From Candidatus Iainarchaeum andersonii SCGC AAA011-E11 (lineage in GTDB: Archaea > Iainarchaeota > Iainarchaeia > Iainarchaeales > Iainarchaeaceae): DNA of 51,997 nucleotides. Below are positions 8,864 to 17,768 of this stretch, in pieces (position 1 is the stretch's first letter; every line of letters starts with the position of its first letter). The notes under the pieces are model-generated. The model worked only from the letters and a program-made list of their open reading frames with translations. It was not told the origin of the DNA and did no database searches. The translations under genes were made by a program, and so were the position numbers. The stretch lies in contig AQRS01000042.1 of the NCBI GenBank assembly GCA_000402355.1, forward strand, positions 22,790 to 74,786. The letters run 5' to 3'.

Positions 8864-11800
8864 TCACGGCGCTTCGAATGCCTTTGCATTCCAGAACAAA
8901 TCAACCTTTCCGCCTTCGGCCTCGAAGCAAACCTTTGCCTCGGAATCGCTGTTGCCCTTGACGAGGCTCAAAAGGTTCTGGAGATTGTATGTGGTCTGGT
9001 ATCTGCCCGAAAGGTTGCTGTTCAAAGCCAATTTTCCCTGCGGCAAATCCTGTGTCCGCACCGAGTTCGGCGGCACGAGGTCGTATGTTTCCGTGAGCGA
9101 ACCGCGGTCCTTGGGCTGGCACGGCAGGTTGATGTAGGTGGTGTTGCCGCTGTAGAGTGCTGGCACGAAAACCAGTGCCGAGTACGTCGCGCTCTCGCCA
9201 TTCTTGGGTTCGTTGATTATGAATCCCGGGTACATTGTGCTCAGGTTCCTGCACAGGTCTCCTCCGTTGAACTCCTGCGCATACACTTTTTCGCTGCTGT
9301 TGCCGACCGCATCGTTCGCATTCCACGGAATGCTGCTGAGCTCGTTTATCCTGCCGTTGTTCGAGGAAACGAACTCATACAGGAAGCCCGCGGCCTCATC
9401 GGCTTTTGAATTCTTCGAGAACTTCACTTCAAGCTTTATGGGGTCCGAAGGCAAGTACTCGAATGCGGTCCTGCTGATTGAAGCTATCTTTCCGCCGAGC
9501 ACGTCGCTCTGCTTCCTCTTCACGCTGAACAAAACGCTTCCGCTTGAATTTCCTTTCGTCTTTGCGACTGGCAAAGCAGAAACGTCGCTGAGTTCCTGAT
9601 TTCCGTAATTGTTGAACACCAGTTCTTTTCCGTTTGCATTGGTGAAGCTCGTTCCGGAATCAACAGTGCCGTCAATGGGCAGTGAGAAGAGCGCGTTGTC
9701 CGCGTAATCCGAGTCGAATTTTTCCGCGCCATTCTTGTTGTCGGAATCAATCTGCTTCAAATCCCTGTTCTTCAGGAAAGATATTGCCGCCTTGTCGTCG
9801 CTCCACGTGTAGCTTATCGTTACATTGTAATCGCCTGCCTCTACGCTTCCCTCGGTGAATGAAAGCGTTGAAGGCATCATGGAGCCATAATCCGAAGAGC
9901 CCTTCATTGCGGTTGCGAACGAGTCATTGTAATTATCCTTCATGAGGAACACCGAGGGCTTTATGTTCTGCCTGTAGAACTGCAGGAAATTAGTGCTGCC
10001 GCTTCCTCCTTTATATCCGCTATTCCACGAGCCGCTCTCCATAACCAATTCCTTTACCGAGTCGCTCATTGCGGTGTTCTTTGCCGTAATCTTCCAGGTC
10101 CCCGCCGCGATTTTTTTGAGCAAATCCGTTGTAACTGTTTTTCCGTCTATGGTGCAGGTTGTGACTTTATTCCGGCAATTCGGATTCGAAAAAACTTTCG
10201 AGTTGAATTCCCTGTAAGCACTAAGCTGGACTGCATAAAGATTGTCTGAAATCTTTTCTGCGGGCAATACTGCGCTGTCGGCGTCGCTCCATGAATTGAG
10301 TTCAAGCACATAAGTCAGTCCCTTCAATTCAGGATTCTCGAGTGCGAATGCAATCTTGCCAATCAGGTTTTCAGTATTATTGACGATTGCCGTGTTCTGC
10401 TGCAAATCGGTGCTGCTTGCATTCATCTGGCTTATCGAGTCCGCGAGAATCTTAGAATCATTCAAAGGTGCCATTGCAATCGCCTTCAAAGTGAGGTAGA
10501 GCAAGTGAGCCTTGTCCGAAGCGCTCGTGAAGTAACCTTTGTTCTGGTCAAGCACAAACCTGAACAATTCAAGCGAATTCCTGTTTGCAGGTTCTGCACA
10601 ATTGAATTCGTTCGCAGTTGTAACACAGAGGCCATTTCCGCTATTTGCGCCTTTCACGATTGTTGTGATTGCCTCTACCCTGTCAATCTTCCTCGAGAAT
10701 TCAACCGTCGCCTGAACCGCGTCACAGAACAATGGTGCTGTATCCAAATTCAGTTTTCTCTGCGCTGTCGTATTCGTTGCTTCGTAAACATTGCATGCAT
10801 TCTCCGGAATCTTTTTGTCTTGATCTCCGGAAACGCGCCACTCGTAGCTGATGTGCTGCAAACCATATTTCCTGTAAACATCAGTTCCCGAATTTCCATT
10901 CTCGCACTCGAACGAAGATGTTTCCCCATCCTGCCCGGGTCCCGTGCCAGGTCCTGTTCCTGCGCCTTGCCTTCCCGCAACGCTAATCTGTATGTTGAAG
11001 CCGACAAGCTGCTTTCCTGGTGGCGAAATCCTGTTCACGTTGCCTATCATTTTCACGTTGAAGCTGGTTTTTTGACCGTTCCACGGTCCCGAGGTTTCAT
11101 CAAATCCGATGGACATTTCATGGCCGCCGTTATCGAGCTGCACATTCATTACCAACCCGGTTTTCGGATCCTTGAACGAGGTAGGCTCCAAATCAGAAAT
11201 GAAGTCAACTGTTCCGCATCCTCCGCTCTCATTGTTAGTTGTCGGGTTCTTGGTTGCGTACCTGAACAATCCACCGTTCTCGAGAGTGGAGTAAATCCTT
11301 CCAACGGGCAGTTCTCCGCCGGTTATTTTGGTGAAATTCAAGGATTCTTTCTTCAGGCACTGCTCCGGCGTGAATTTGGGGTCGCCGTATGTAGTGAACT
11401 GCTCCGAAATCCTTGCCCCTGCCTCGAGCAACGGCCACAAATCCTGCAGCACGAGCCTGAAGCTTGTGGTCTTCTGGCCGCCGTAAGGCGTCGTGAACCT
11501 GACGACAAGGTTGGTGCGCGACATGACCGAGTAATATGTCGTGGACAGGAAATACCTCAAATTTCCGATGTCCGCATACTTGTTTGCCTCGAAGAACTGC
11601 GCGGGCGGTGCCTTGTTCCTGTAAGTGCTCAGCGCCTTTGCGACCTCGAAAGTCAAAACCTGCTTTACCTTTCCGTTCGGCTGTGTCTCGAATTTCTCGT
11701 CAATGAGCCCCCAGCTTTCAATAAGTTCCTTCACTCCCGCTGATTCATCCGTGGGCGTGTTGATGCCGAGGCCGGCAAACGAAACCGCGTTGGTGCTCGA

Positions 11801-14800
11801 GTCAAGGTAAACGCCCTCGTTGTAACAAGAATTCATTACCTTGAGCTCAACTGGCTTTCCGAAGAAATTGTTGAAGTTAAGCGTCTGCGAAGGCGATAAT
11901 GATATGCAATCGCGGTAATTCTTTGTCGCCTCGTTCACGACATTCACGTAAATCTTTGCGATGTCCGTTGCCTTTTCGTTGCTCGTGCTCGGCTTCGCCT
12001 TCAGGTTCAGTTCATAGCGCCCGAAGAAATTCGTCGGCTCGACCGTAACGTCGCTCTGCTCATTCGGCTGTATGGTTATGGTCTTGTCCCTGACTATTAT
12101 TCCGGGCTGCGCGTCAAAGGAAACATCAACCGCGCTTTCACAGCTGTTGCTTATCTGGAAGGAGGTGCTCCCGCAGTTCCACGAACCGGAGTACGCGTTG
12201 TTCGAGTAATCATTGCCGTAGAACGGCTGTGCATAATTCTGGTTCGGGTAATAATTGTTCGCATAATTCGCGTAATTCTGGTACGAAGGCGCGAGCGAAG
12301 AACTATTGGACAAATCGCTTCCTATGTAAGGCGGCAGCCCCGTGCCGTAACCGTTCCTGTTGGAGTACGGGTCGAACTGCGTGTACCTGGAATTCTGGTA
12401 CTGCGAAAATTGCCCGCCGTAATTGTTGAATCCCATGTTGTTGGGGCAGCTGTTCACGGTCAAATCGCGGCTTGCAAGGACTTCGAGGCACTCGTTCAGG
12501 TTGTTCATGTTGATTGAAACCTTGATTGCCTTTGTGAGGTCTTCAGGGCCGTTCGCCGTGAGATTCGTTGCCCTTACCTCTATCTGCATGTCCGCCTTTC
12601 CGCTCACTATCTGTGCGGGCTGGAAATCAAGCGTAAGCGTCTGCTCCGCATTCACGGGGACGATTGCTGCAATGTTCCTGAATGTGTTCGTGAGCTCCGC
12701 GCTTGTCGAGCCGTCAAGCGTGCTTGATGCCCTGAATTTTCCCAATGCGTTGTCGTTGCCCGTGATAACACGTATTGAGAGGTTCCTCAAAGGAATTGCG
12801 CCGCCGGAAACCTTGCACGAATTCGTCATCGTGACATTGAGCTGCTTTGCCTGCGATGGCGCGCCGAAAATCTGCCACTCGCCAGGGAAGACGCCGAAGC
12901 AGTCAGTGTCATCCACATTGTCGCCGAAGCCGATTGTGAGTTCGAACGGGATTGATGAAACCCACTTCTGTTGGAACGCCGCGCTGGAAACAACAACGTT
13001 CAAAGAGCCGAGTATTTTGACCGGGGAGGCTATTGTCGCGCCCTGCGGCCCAAGCCTTAATGTTCCCGCAAGCTCCGCGTTTGAATCCGAATCAATGATT
13101 GTTCCTGCCGTAGGCGCGTCAAACGCGAACTGCGCGAATCCCTGGAAGTCCCTCGAGGCGGAAACTTCCTCGACCTGCAGCGGCACCTGCGAATAGTTCA
13201 ACAGCAATGCGTCTATGTTCTTGAATGCAGTGCCGCCGACGGCCATGGAAAGCTTTACTGTTTTCGGGTCCGAGGACAAAATATTTCCCGAAACCTTGAG
13301 TTCCTTTTCAATCGACTTGAAGCCGGGCTTCTCCGCCAAAATTCCTATTGTCGAGCCGTCGCCCGGAGAAAGCAAAGTGTACGCGAATACCCCTTCGATG
13401 TCCGTTTCTCCTGAAGCTATTACGGTTCCGTTGCTCTTGATGCTCACGGCCACGTTCGCAACCGCCGCATCGTTGTCGCCGGAAACCCTTGCAAGCACGT
13501 TGTTGTTTATGAGCGGCACAATGGATTTAGGGAGAACATCGAGGCTAAGCTGCTGCGCGGGCTGCACCTTGATGAGCAGGGATTTTTTGTAAACTTCGCT
13601 CGCGGTTCCGGTTCCCGAAAGAATTGAAACGTCGAGCTGCGCCGTGCCTTCCTTGCGCGGCTGGAAAATTATTTCCCCCTTCACAACCGAATCGCGCGCG
13701 ATGTCACCCACTTGCAGCGAAAGTTCCGAGCCTATTCCCTGTCCCTGCCTCTGCTGGCCGAGCGCGGTCGTGATGCTGTAGGATTGTATTGCGATGCTGC
13801 TGCTCCTGTCCTTAATGAGCAGTTGTGCCGCGCTGAACGGGGTTTCCGATGTGCCCGAAATTTCAAAGAACAGCCTGTAGGTTCCCTCGACCTGCGCCGA
13901 ATAGGAATCGCTTATGCCTGAAGTGATTTTTTCCTTGGTGTCCTCAATCGAGTAAGAGGAACAGAAATCTTCGCCGCACAAAGTCGAGGGGCCCACGCTG
14001 AAAGGCCTTTTGCGTGCGTTCGCGTAAAGCCCCTGTTTTTCTGGTATTGATTCCGCGGTTCCAAGTGCCGCGTCAGTGGGAACCCTCAGATAGCCCCCGC
14101 TTTTTCCCCATGCCCTGTACCACAGCTCGAGCTGCGAACCAATCCTCGTTTCGGCGCGAACCTGCAAATCAGCTTCAACCTCGTAAACTCCGCCGGAAAC
14201 ATTCCTGAAAACAATGTTTGCCCACTTCGCGTTTCCGGTTGTGTAATGCTGCGCATCATTCCCCTGCCCCGCGGGAGGCGTGTATGTCGTTCCCTCCGCA
14301 ATGCCCGAGAATGCGGCGCGCACATCGCTTATGTAAAGGTTGTCCTGTTCCATTGTGCTTGCATCATCATTGCCCGTGCGCACGTGAACCCCGGCCTCAT
14401 CAAACACCGCGCTTTTCGGGACAAGCAAAAGGAATTTTGCAGTGTACTTTTCCCCGGCATTGAGTCCGCTGCCCGAAGAAATTTTTTCGCCGTTGGAGTA
14501 AACCCCCTCAAGCCCGATTTCAAACGACTGGATTGCCTTCCTCAGCACGATTTTTTGCCCGAGAGTGACGTCCTTCTGCATCTGCACAGGCACGGTTGTT
14601 GCCTGGGCATAGCCATCGGCATTCACAACCAAGAAAATCTTTTTGTCCGCCCTTGCCGGGATTATTTTTTTGCCGTCCGAATCCGTTGTCTCCTCCGCAA
14701 TCACGGAGTTGGAGAATGAATCCACGACCTTTATTGTCGCGTTCACAATCGGCTTTCCGTCCTCGTCAAGTATGCCGGTCTCCAACCGTCCCGTGCCTAT

Positions 14801-16345
14801 GTTCAGCTGGCACGTGATTGCGTTGGCCTGCCTGCTGCTCAAAGTCACGGGGTCGCAGTATTTTTCCCCGACCCCCGGCTTCACGGCATAAACATAGTAA
14901 ACGCCGTCATCCACGCGCTGGAATATTCCGCGGCCGTCAAGGCCCGTGACAAGTTCCGCGCCCACCTGCGTTCCGTCCGCATTCTTTTTCAGTTTCAGCC
15001 TCACGTTCTCAACGGGCTTATTGTTCTCATCCACGATGCCGACAAGGAGGCTCTGGCTGTTTTCCGCGGTTGCCTGCTCAATCTCAATCTGCTGGAAATC
15101 AACGGAAGGCCTGAGTGAAGCCGTCTCAATAAGGTAGGCCGCCTTGTCAACGTAAATGTCGTACTCCACGTCTTCGCCGACCGAGAACTCAACCTTTCCG
15201 TCCGCGCCGGTTTGCGAAGCGGTTATTTCGGTCCGGCCTTTCGAGAGCTTTACGGTTGCGCCCCGAACCGCGTTTCCGTTTGCCTTGTCCTTCACAAGCA
15301 GCCTGATTTTGCCGACCACGCCCTGTGAAAGCACTACTGAAAATGTTGTAAGCGAATTCGCCTTTATTTCCTGCACAGCCTGGTTGCCAAGGCCGTCGTA
15401 TTCCGCGTAATTGTTGCCCCTGTCAAACGCAACTATGTAATATCTTCCAGAAGGCACGCCGGTAAACGAGGCGCTTCCTGTTGCGCTGGTCTGCTTGGTC
15501 TGGAATATTGTTCCCGCGGCATTGCTTTCCGAAACAGTGTAAAGGCTCACGTCAATTCCAGGAACAACGGTTCCTTGCGAATTTGTAACCGTGGCAACCG
15601 TGCTGCCTTTTCCGGCTTGGGTTTCCTCAACCGAGTAGCTCACAACGCCGCTGCCGGATGAGAGGAATGCAGAGTCATTTGAAATCGAGAAGTTTCCCGA
15701 AGGCCTCGCAATTAAAGCGTCACAATCTCCCGGCACGTCAATGTCAATGGTTCCTGTTGAAGTGCTTTTCCTCTGTGCAAACGAAGTGTTTCCGCTGCAT
15801 GAAAAATCCACGTCAATCTGCTTGCCGAAAAGCCTCGAGGTTCCCGCCTGCAAAAGGTTCACGGTTTTTTTCAGCGTGGTTATTTCCTGCTGCATTGTTA
15901 TTGTCGCGCTGCTCTGCGCTTTGGTTGCGGTGTAATTCTGGGCCTTGTCAACATAGCCGCCCTTTTCGGCTTTTATCTGGAATTCCATGTTAAGCGGAAC
16001 ATTAAAAGCCGCGTTTCCGTCCGCGTTCGTTGTCTGCGCGCCAAGCGTTTTTCCGCCCACGAGCACATCAACCGAGGCGCCCGGAATCGGCTGCTTCAAA
16101 GAATCCTGGACGGTAACCTGCAGCGATGCGGAGGAGAAAAATGCCGCGGAAATCCCCCAAACCACGAGCCCGAGGATAAGGGCGCATAAAAGCATGAAAA
16201 TTGGAAATGAGGGGATATTCCTGGCTTCAATCGCGTCGATTGCCTTGTAAACATGGACCCCTTTTTCCTCGACCCAATCCATGAGGGAATAGTATTTTTC
16301 CTCGAGTTGCGCGTAAAGGCCGTTTGCAGGGGCATCCGAAGCCAT
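8864..16345 (-). CDS. Giant surface protein 2 (2493 aa): paralog of giant 1 with the same head + TM + beta-sandwich repeats; contains an N/Y/S/Q-rich low-complexity loop
   Basis: Uninterrupted 7.5-kb ORF with an ATG at 16345. Head is LYAQLEEKYYSLMDWVEEKGVHVYKAIDAIEARNIPSFP, followed by TM IFMLLCALILGLVVWGISAAFF. Repeats include LQVTVQDSLKQPIPGASVDVL, IRLLVKDKANGNAVRGATVKL and LLVGIVDENNKPVENVRLKL. Core colinear with giant 1 (GEKYTAKFLLLVP..DEAGVHVRTG...WYRAWGKSGG; STLCGEDFC). The C-terminal motif LVK...LFWNAK is shared with giant 1. Confidence 0.85.
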   Translation of the reverse strand: MASDAPANGLYAQLEEKYYSLMDWVEEKGVHVYKAIDAIEARNIPSFPIFMLLCALILGLVVWGISAAFFSSASLQVTVQDSLKQPIPGASVDVLVGGKTLGAQTTNADGNAAFNVPLNMEFQIKAEKGGYVDKAQNYTATKAQSSATITMQQEITTLKKTVNLLQAGTSRLFGKQIDVDFSCSGNTSFAQRKSTSTGTIDIDVPGDCDALIARPSGNFSISNDSAFLSSGSGVVSYSVEETQAGKGSTVATVTNSQGTVVPGIDVSLYTVSESNAAGTIFQTKQTSATGSASFTGVPSGRYYIVAFDRGNNYAEYDGLGNQAVQEIKANSLTTFSVVLSQGVVGKIRLLVKDKANGNAVRGATVKLSKGRTEITASQTGADGKVEFSVGEDVEYDIYVDKAAYLIETASLRPSVDFQQIEIEQATAENSQSLLVGIVDENNKPVENVRLKLKKNADGTQVGAELVTGLDGRGIFQRVDDGVYYVYAVKPGVGEKYCDPVTLSSRQANAITCQLNIGTGRLETGILDEDGKPIVNATIKVVDSFSNSVIAEETTDSDGKKIIPARADKKIFLVVNADGYAQATTVPVQMQKDVTLGQKIVLRKAIQSFEIGLEGVYSNGEKISSGSGLNAGEKYTAKFLLLVPKSAVFDEAGVHVRTGNDDASTMEQDNLYISDVRAAFSGIAEGTTYTPPAGQGNDAQHYTTGNAKWANIVFRNVSGGVYEVEADLQVRAETRIGSQLELWYRAWGKSGGYLRVPTDAALGTAESIPEKQGLYANARKRPFSVGPSTLCGEDFCSSYSIEDTKEKITSGISDSYSAQVEGTYRLFFEISGTSETPFSAAQLLIKDRSSSIAIQSYSITTALGQQRQGQGIGSELSLQVGDIARDSVVKGEIIFQPRKEGTAQLDVSILSGTGTASEVYKKSLLIKVQPAQQLSLDVLPKSIVPLINNNVLARVSGDNDAAVANVAVSIKSNGTVIASGETDIEGVFAYTLLSPGDGSTIGILAEKPGFKSIEKELKVSGNILSSDPKTVKLSMAVGGTAFKNIDALLLNYSQVPLQVEEVSASRDFQGFAQFAFDAPTAGTIIDSDSNAELAGTLRLGPQGATIASPVKILGSLNVVVSSAAFQQKWVSSIPFELTIGFGDNVDDTDCFGVFPGEWQIFGAPSQAKQLNVTMTNSCKVSGGAIPLRNLSIRVITGNDNALGKFRASSTLDGSTSAELTNTFRNIAAIVPVNAEQTLTLDFQPAQIVSGKADMQIEVRATNLTANGPEDLTKAIKVSINMNNLNECLEVLASRDLTVNSCPNNMGFNNYGGQFSQYQNSRYTQFDPYSNRNGYGTGLPPYIGSDLSNSSSLAPSYQNYANYANNYYPNQNYAQPFYGNDYSNNAYSGSWNCGSTSFQISNSCESAVDVSFDAQPGIIVRDKTITIQPNEQSDVTVEPTNFFGRYELNLKAKPSTSNEKATDIAKIYVNVVNEATKNYRDCISLSPSQTLNFNNFFGKPVELKVMNSCYNEGVYLDSSTNAVSFAGLGINTPTDESAGVKELIESWGLIDEKFETQPNGKVKQVLTFEVAKALSTYRNKAPPAQFFEANKYADIGNLRYFLSTTYYSVMSRTNLVVRFTTPYGGQKTTSFRLVLQDLWPLLEAGARISEQFTTYGDPKFTPEQCLKKESLNFTKITGGELPVGRIYSTLENGGLFRYATKNPTTNNESGGCGTVDFISDLEPTSFKDPKTGLVMNVQLDNGGHEMSIGFDETSGPWNGQKTSFNVKMIGNVNRISPPGKQLVGFNIQISVAGRQGAGTGPGTGPGQDGETSSFECENGNSGTDVYRKYGLQHISYEWRVSGDQDKKIPENACNVYEATNTTAQRKLNLDTAPLFCDAVQATVEFSRKIDRVEAITTIVKGANSGNGLCVTTANEFNCAEPANRNSLELFRFVLDQNKGYFTSASDKAHLLYLTLKAIAMAPLNDSKILADSISQMNASSTDLQQNTAIVNNTENLIGKIAFALENPELKGLTYVLELNSWSDADSAVLPAEKISDNLYAVQLSAYREFNSKVFSNPNCRNKVTTCTIDGKTVTTDLLKKIAAGTWKITAKNTAMSDSVKELVMESGSWNSGYKGGSGSTNFLQFYRQNIKPSVFLMKDNYNDSFATAMKGSSDYGSMMPSTLSFTEGSVEAGDYNVTISYTWSDDKAAISFLKNRDLKQIDSDNKNGAEKFDSDYADNALFSLPIDGTVDSGTSFTNANGKELVFNNYGNQELSDVSALPVAKTKGNSSGSVLFSVKRKQSDVLGGKIASISRTAFEYLPSDPIKLEVKFSKNSKADEAAGFLYEFVSSNNGRINELSSIPWNANDAVGNSSEKVYAQEFNGGDLCRNLSTMYPGFIINEPKNGESATYSALVFVPALYSGNTTYINLPCQPKDRGSLTETYDLVPPNSVRTQDLPQGKLALNSNLSGRYQTTYNLQNLLSLVKGNSDSEAKVCFEAEGGKVDLFWNAKAFEAP

Positions 16346-16411
16346 TGAATCACTTAGTAATTAAATGGGATTAACTAATTTTAATTGCACCGTTCCATTT
16401 AAAGGTATCGT

Positions 16412-16527
16412 AAACACCTTTTTTCTTTCTTTGTCAAGAAAGAAAAAAGCTGTGCCAAAAAAGAAAGAAAACTAACTGCTGTGCCAAAAAGAAAGGTGTA
16501 AAGGAAAATCTTGCCAAAAGAAAGAGC
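16412..16527 (-). promoter_or_regulatory. Conserved upstream module of giant gene 2: imperfect ~13-bp hairpin/palindrome (16418-16449) plus three copies of a GCYKTRCCAAAAAGAAAG box
   Basis: Plus strand reads CACCTTTTTTCTTTCTTTGTCAAGAAAGAAAAAAGCTGTGCCAAAAAAGAAAGAAAACTAACTGCTGTGCCAAAAAGAAAGGTGTAAAGG...CTTGCCAAAAGAAAGAGC. A near-identical module occurs at 27513-27572, at the same distance from the ATG of giant 3 (73 vs 78 nt). Confidence 0.45.
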
Positions 16528-16615
16528 GCCCTTACAAGTGTATGGCAAAAAAACAAATGCCGGGTTTTTTATTTTCGTGGGGGGGGTTTCCGCAGGCCTA
16601 ACATTAAAGGTTGTA

Positions 16616-16708
16616 ATATCAAAAGACATTAATTCAGCAACTTTTATTAGTGTCTTTTGATAGCTATCAAAGGACATTATTTGTTTCATTATTTATGCCC
16701 TTTGATAT
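16616..16708 (+). promoter_or_regulatory. Operator-like array: 4 half-sites TGTCYTTTGATA, including the perfect 16-bp palindrome TTTGATAGCTATCAAA (16656-16671), upstream of or overlapping the start of the GGDEF-family gene
   Basis: Half-sites are ATATCAAAAGACA (16616-16628), TGTCTTTTGATA|GC|TATCAAAGGACA (16651-16676) and GCCCTTTGATAT (16697-16708). The 60-nt unit 16616-16676 recurs twice, in the same orientation relative to the downstream gene, at 46755-46813 and 46847-46906. Confidence 0.5.
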
Positions 16709-17753
16709 TAAATATTCCAGCGCCGAATACTATTCGGAGCTGCTGTTTTTGCCGGAAAAAAGACGAACCAAGCTTGATGAAATCAAAACCACGCCCGTGA
16801 AGATGCGGGGTGCCAAAGAGCCGAAAAACCTGCTGATTGCGACGCGCGTCGCGAGAAGGCTCAGGATTGTAGGAAAGGCAATGCTTGCCAAAGAAACAAG
16901 GGAACTTAATTACATGATCAGGCTCAGGGGCCAACGTGAAAGGGCTCTTAAGGCGCAGTTTGCGGACCACAGATTAACCCATGAAGAAATGGAGGCGCAA
17001 CTCAAGCCTCTTGCTGAAAAAATAAAAGCCAAAGCCAAGCGCCTCGAATCAATAAATGAAAAGCGTGCGCGCCTGCTCGGCCCAAGGCGTGACAGGATAA
17101 ACATTAGCGCGCTGAACGACCCTTTCTTCGATTACATTTACGGCCACGAGGCTTTTTCACTGAAGACAAAGGAAATGTTTTCCGCCAGCAAATCAAAGCC
17201 CATCCAGACCGTTGCCATGGTTGACATGGACAAACTCAAGGAATCAAACACCCTTTTCGGCCACGTCAGGGGCGGCGCAGTCCTTCTCGACTGTTATGCG
17301 AAAGCCGCAAAATCAATCTGCGAAAAATACGGCGGCTTCGCGGCCCGCTACGGCTCCGACGAATTCACTTTCCACTTTCCTTTGCCCGCGGAAAAAGTGC
17401 AGGAAATAATGCTCGAGTACCAGGGCATCGCAAGGGAAAACCTCATGAAAAGCCCCTTGGCTTACGCCGTTAAACAACGCAAAATTCCGGGCACCGCAAC
17501 AGGCGCAATAATCCAGGTTGATTTCGGTTTTCAGCGGGAGCACAAGCAAAACCCCGAACAAATTTACAAGAATGTCATGGAGCAGGTGAGCAGAAAACTC
17601 ATTGCCCTGAAAACACAGGGCCGAAGAGGGCGTCTTCTCGAAAAAGGCTTTTCGGGATTTATCCGTGGCTACAATCGTGTCTTCGGCGGGAAAAGCGGAA
17701 GAGGGCAGATAGCGACGCTGGAAGAAAACGAGCTTCCGAAAAGCATTAAGTGA
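16695..17753 (+). CDS. GGDEF-family nucleotide cyclase-like protein (GSDEF variant) with a basic coiled-coil N-terminus
   Basis: Motifs read by eye are DPFFDYIYGHEAF; VAMVDMDKLKESNTLFGHVRGGAVL; and FAARYGSDEFTFHFP (GSDEF = nt 17352-17366). These match the GGDEF palm-domain pattern DxLTGLxNR / DxDxFKxxND..GH..GD / RxGGDEF. The start is uncertain. The track ORF begins at 16650 with a non-ATG codon inside the palindrome. ATG 16695 sits in the context TTATTTATG. ATG 16803 (MRGAKEP) is an alternative. Confidence 0.7.
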   Translation: MPFDIKYSSAEYYSELLFLPEKRRTKLDEIKTTPVKMRGAKEPKNLLIATRVARRLRIVGKAMLAKETRELNYMIRLRGQRERALKAQFADHRLTHEEMEAQLKPLAEKIKAKAKRLESINEKRARLLGPRRDRINISALNDPFFDYIYGHEAFSLKTKEMFSASKSKPIQTVAMVDMDKLKESNTLFGHVRGGAVLLDCYAKAAKSICEKYGGFAARYGSDEFTFHFPLPAEKVQEIMLEYQGIARENLMKSPLAYAVKQRKIPGTATGAIIQVDFGFQREHKQNPEQIYKNVMEQVSRKLIALKTQGRRGRLLEKGFSGFIRGYNRVFGGKSGRGQIATLEENELPKSIK

Positions 17754-17760
17754 CCCTAAC

Positions 17761-17768
17761 TTTTTTTT
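17761..17768 (+). terminator. T8 tract between convergent genes; candidate archaeal oligo-T terminator for the GGDEF-family gene
   Basis: TGA at 17751-17753 is followed by CCCTAAC TTTTTTTT. Position 17768 is also the first base of the TCA that encodes the stop of the convergent minus-strand gene. Confidence 0.3.

Noticed and set aside
16399-16689. ORFs translating to SFDSYQ(R/K)TL-type peptides at 16399-16689 (-), the first 45 nt of 16650-17753 (+), 46572-46781 (-) and 46781-47035 (-)
   Set aside because: The shared peptide is an artefact of reading through the palindromic TGTCYTTTGATAGCTATCAAA repeats in either direction. The rest of these ORFs crosses intergenic repeat DNA or overlaps better-supported genes.
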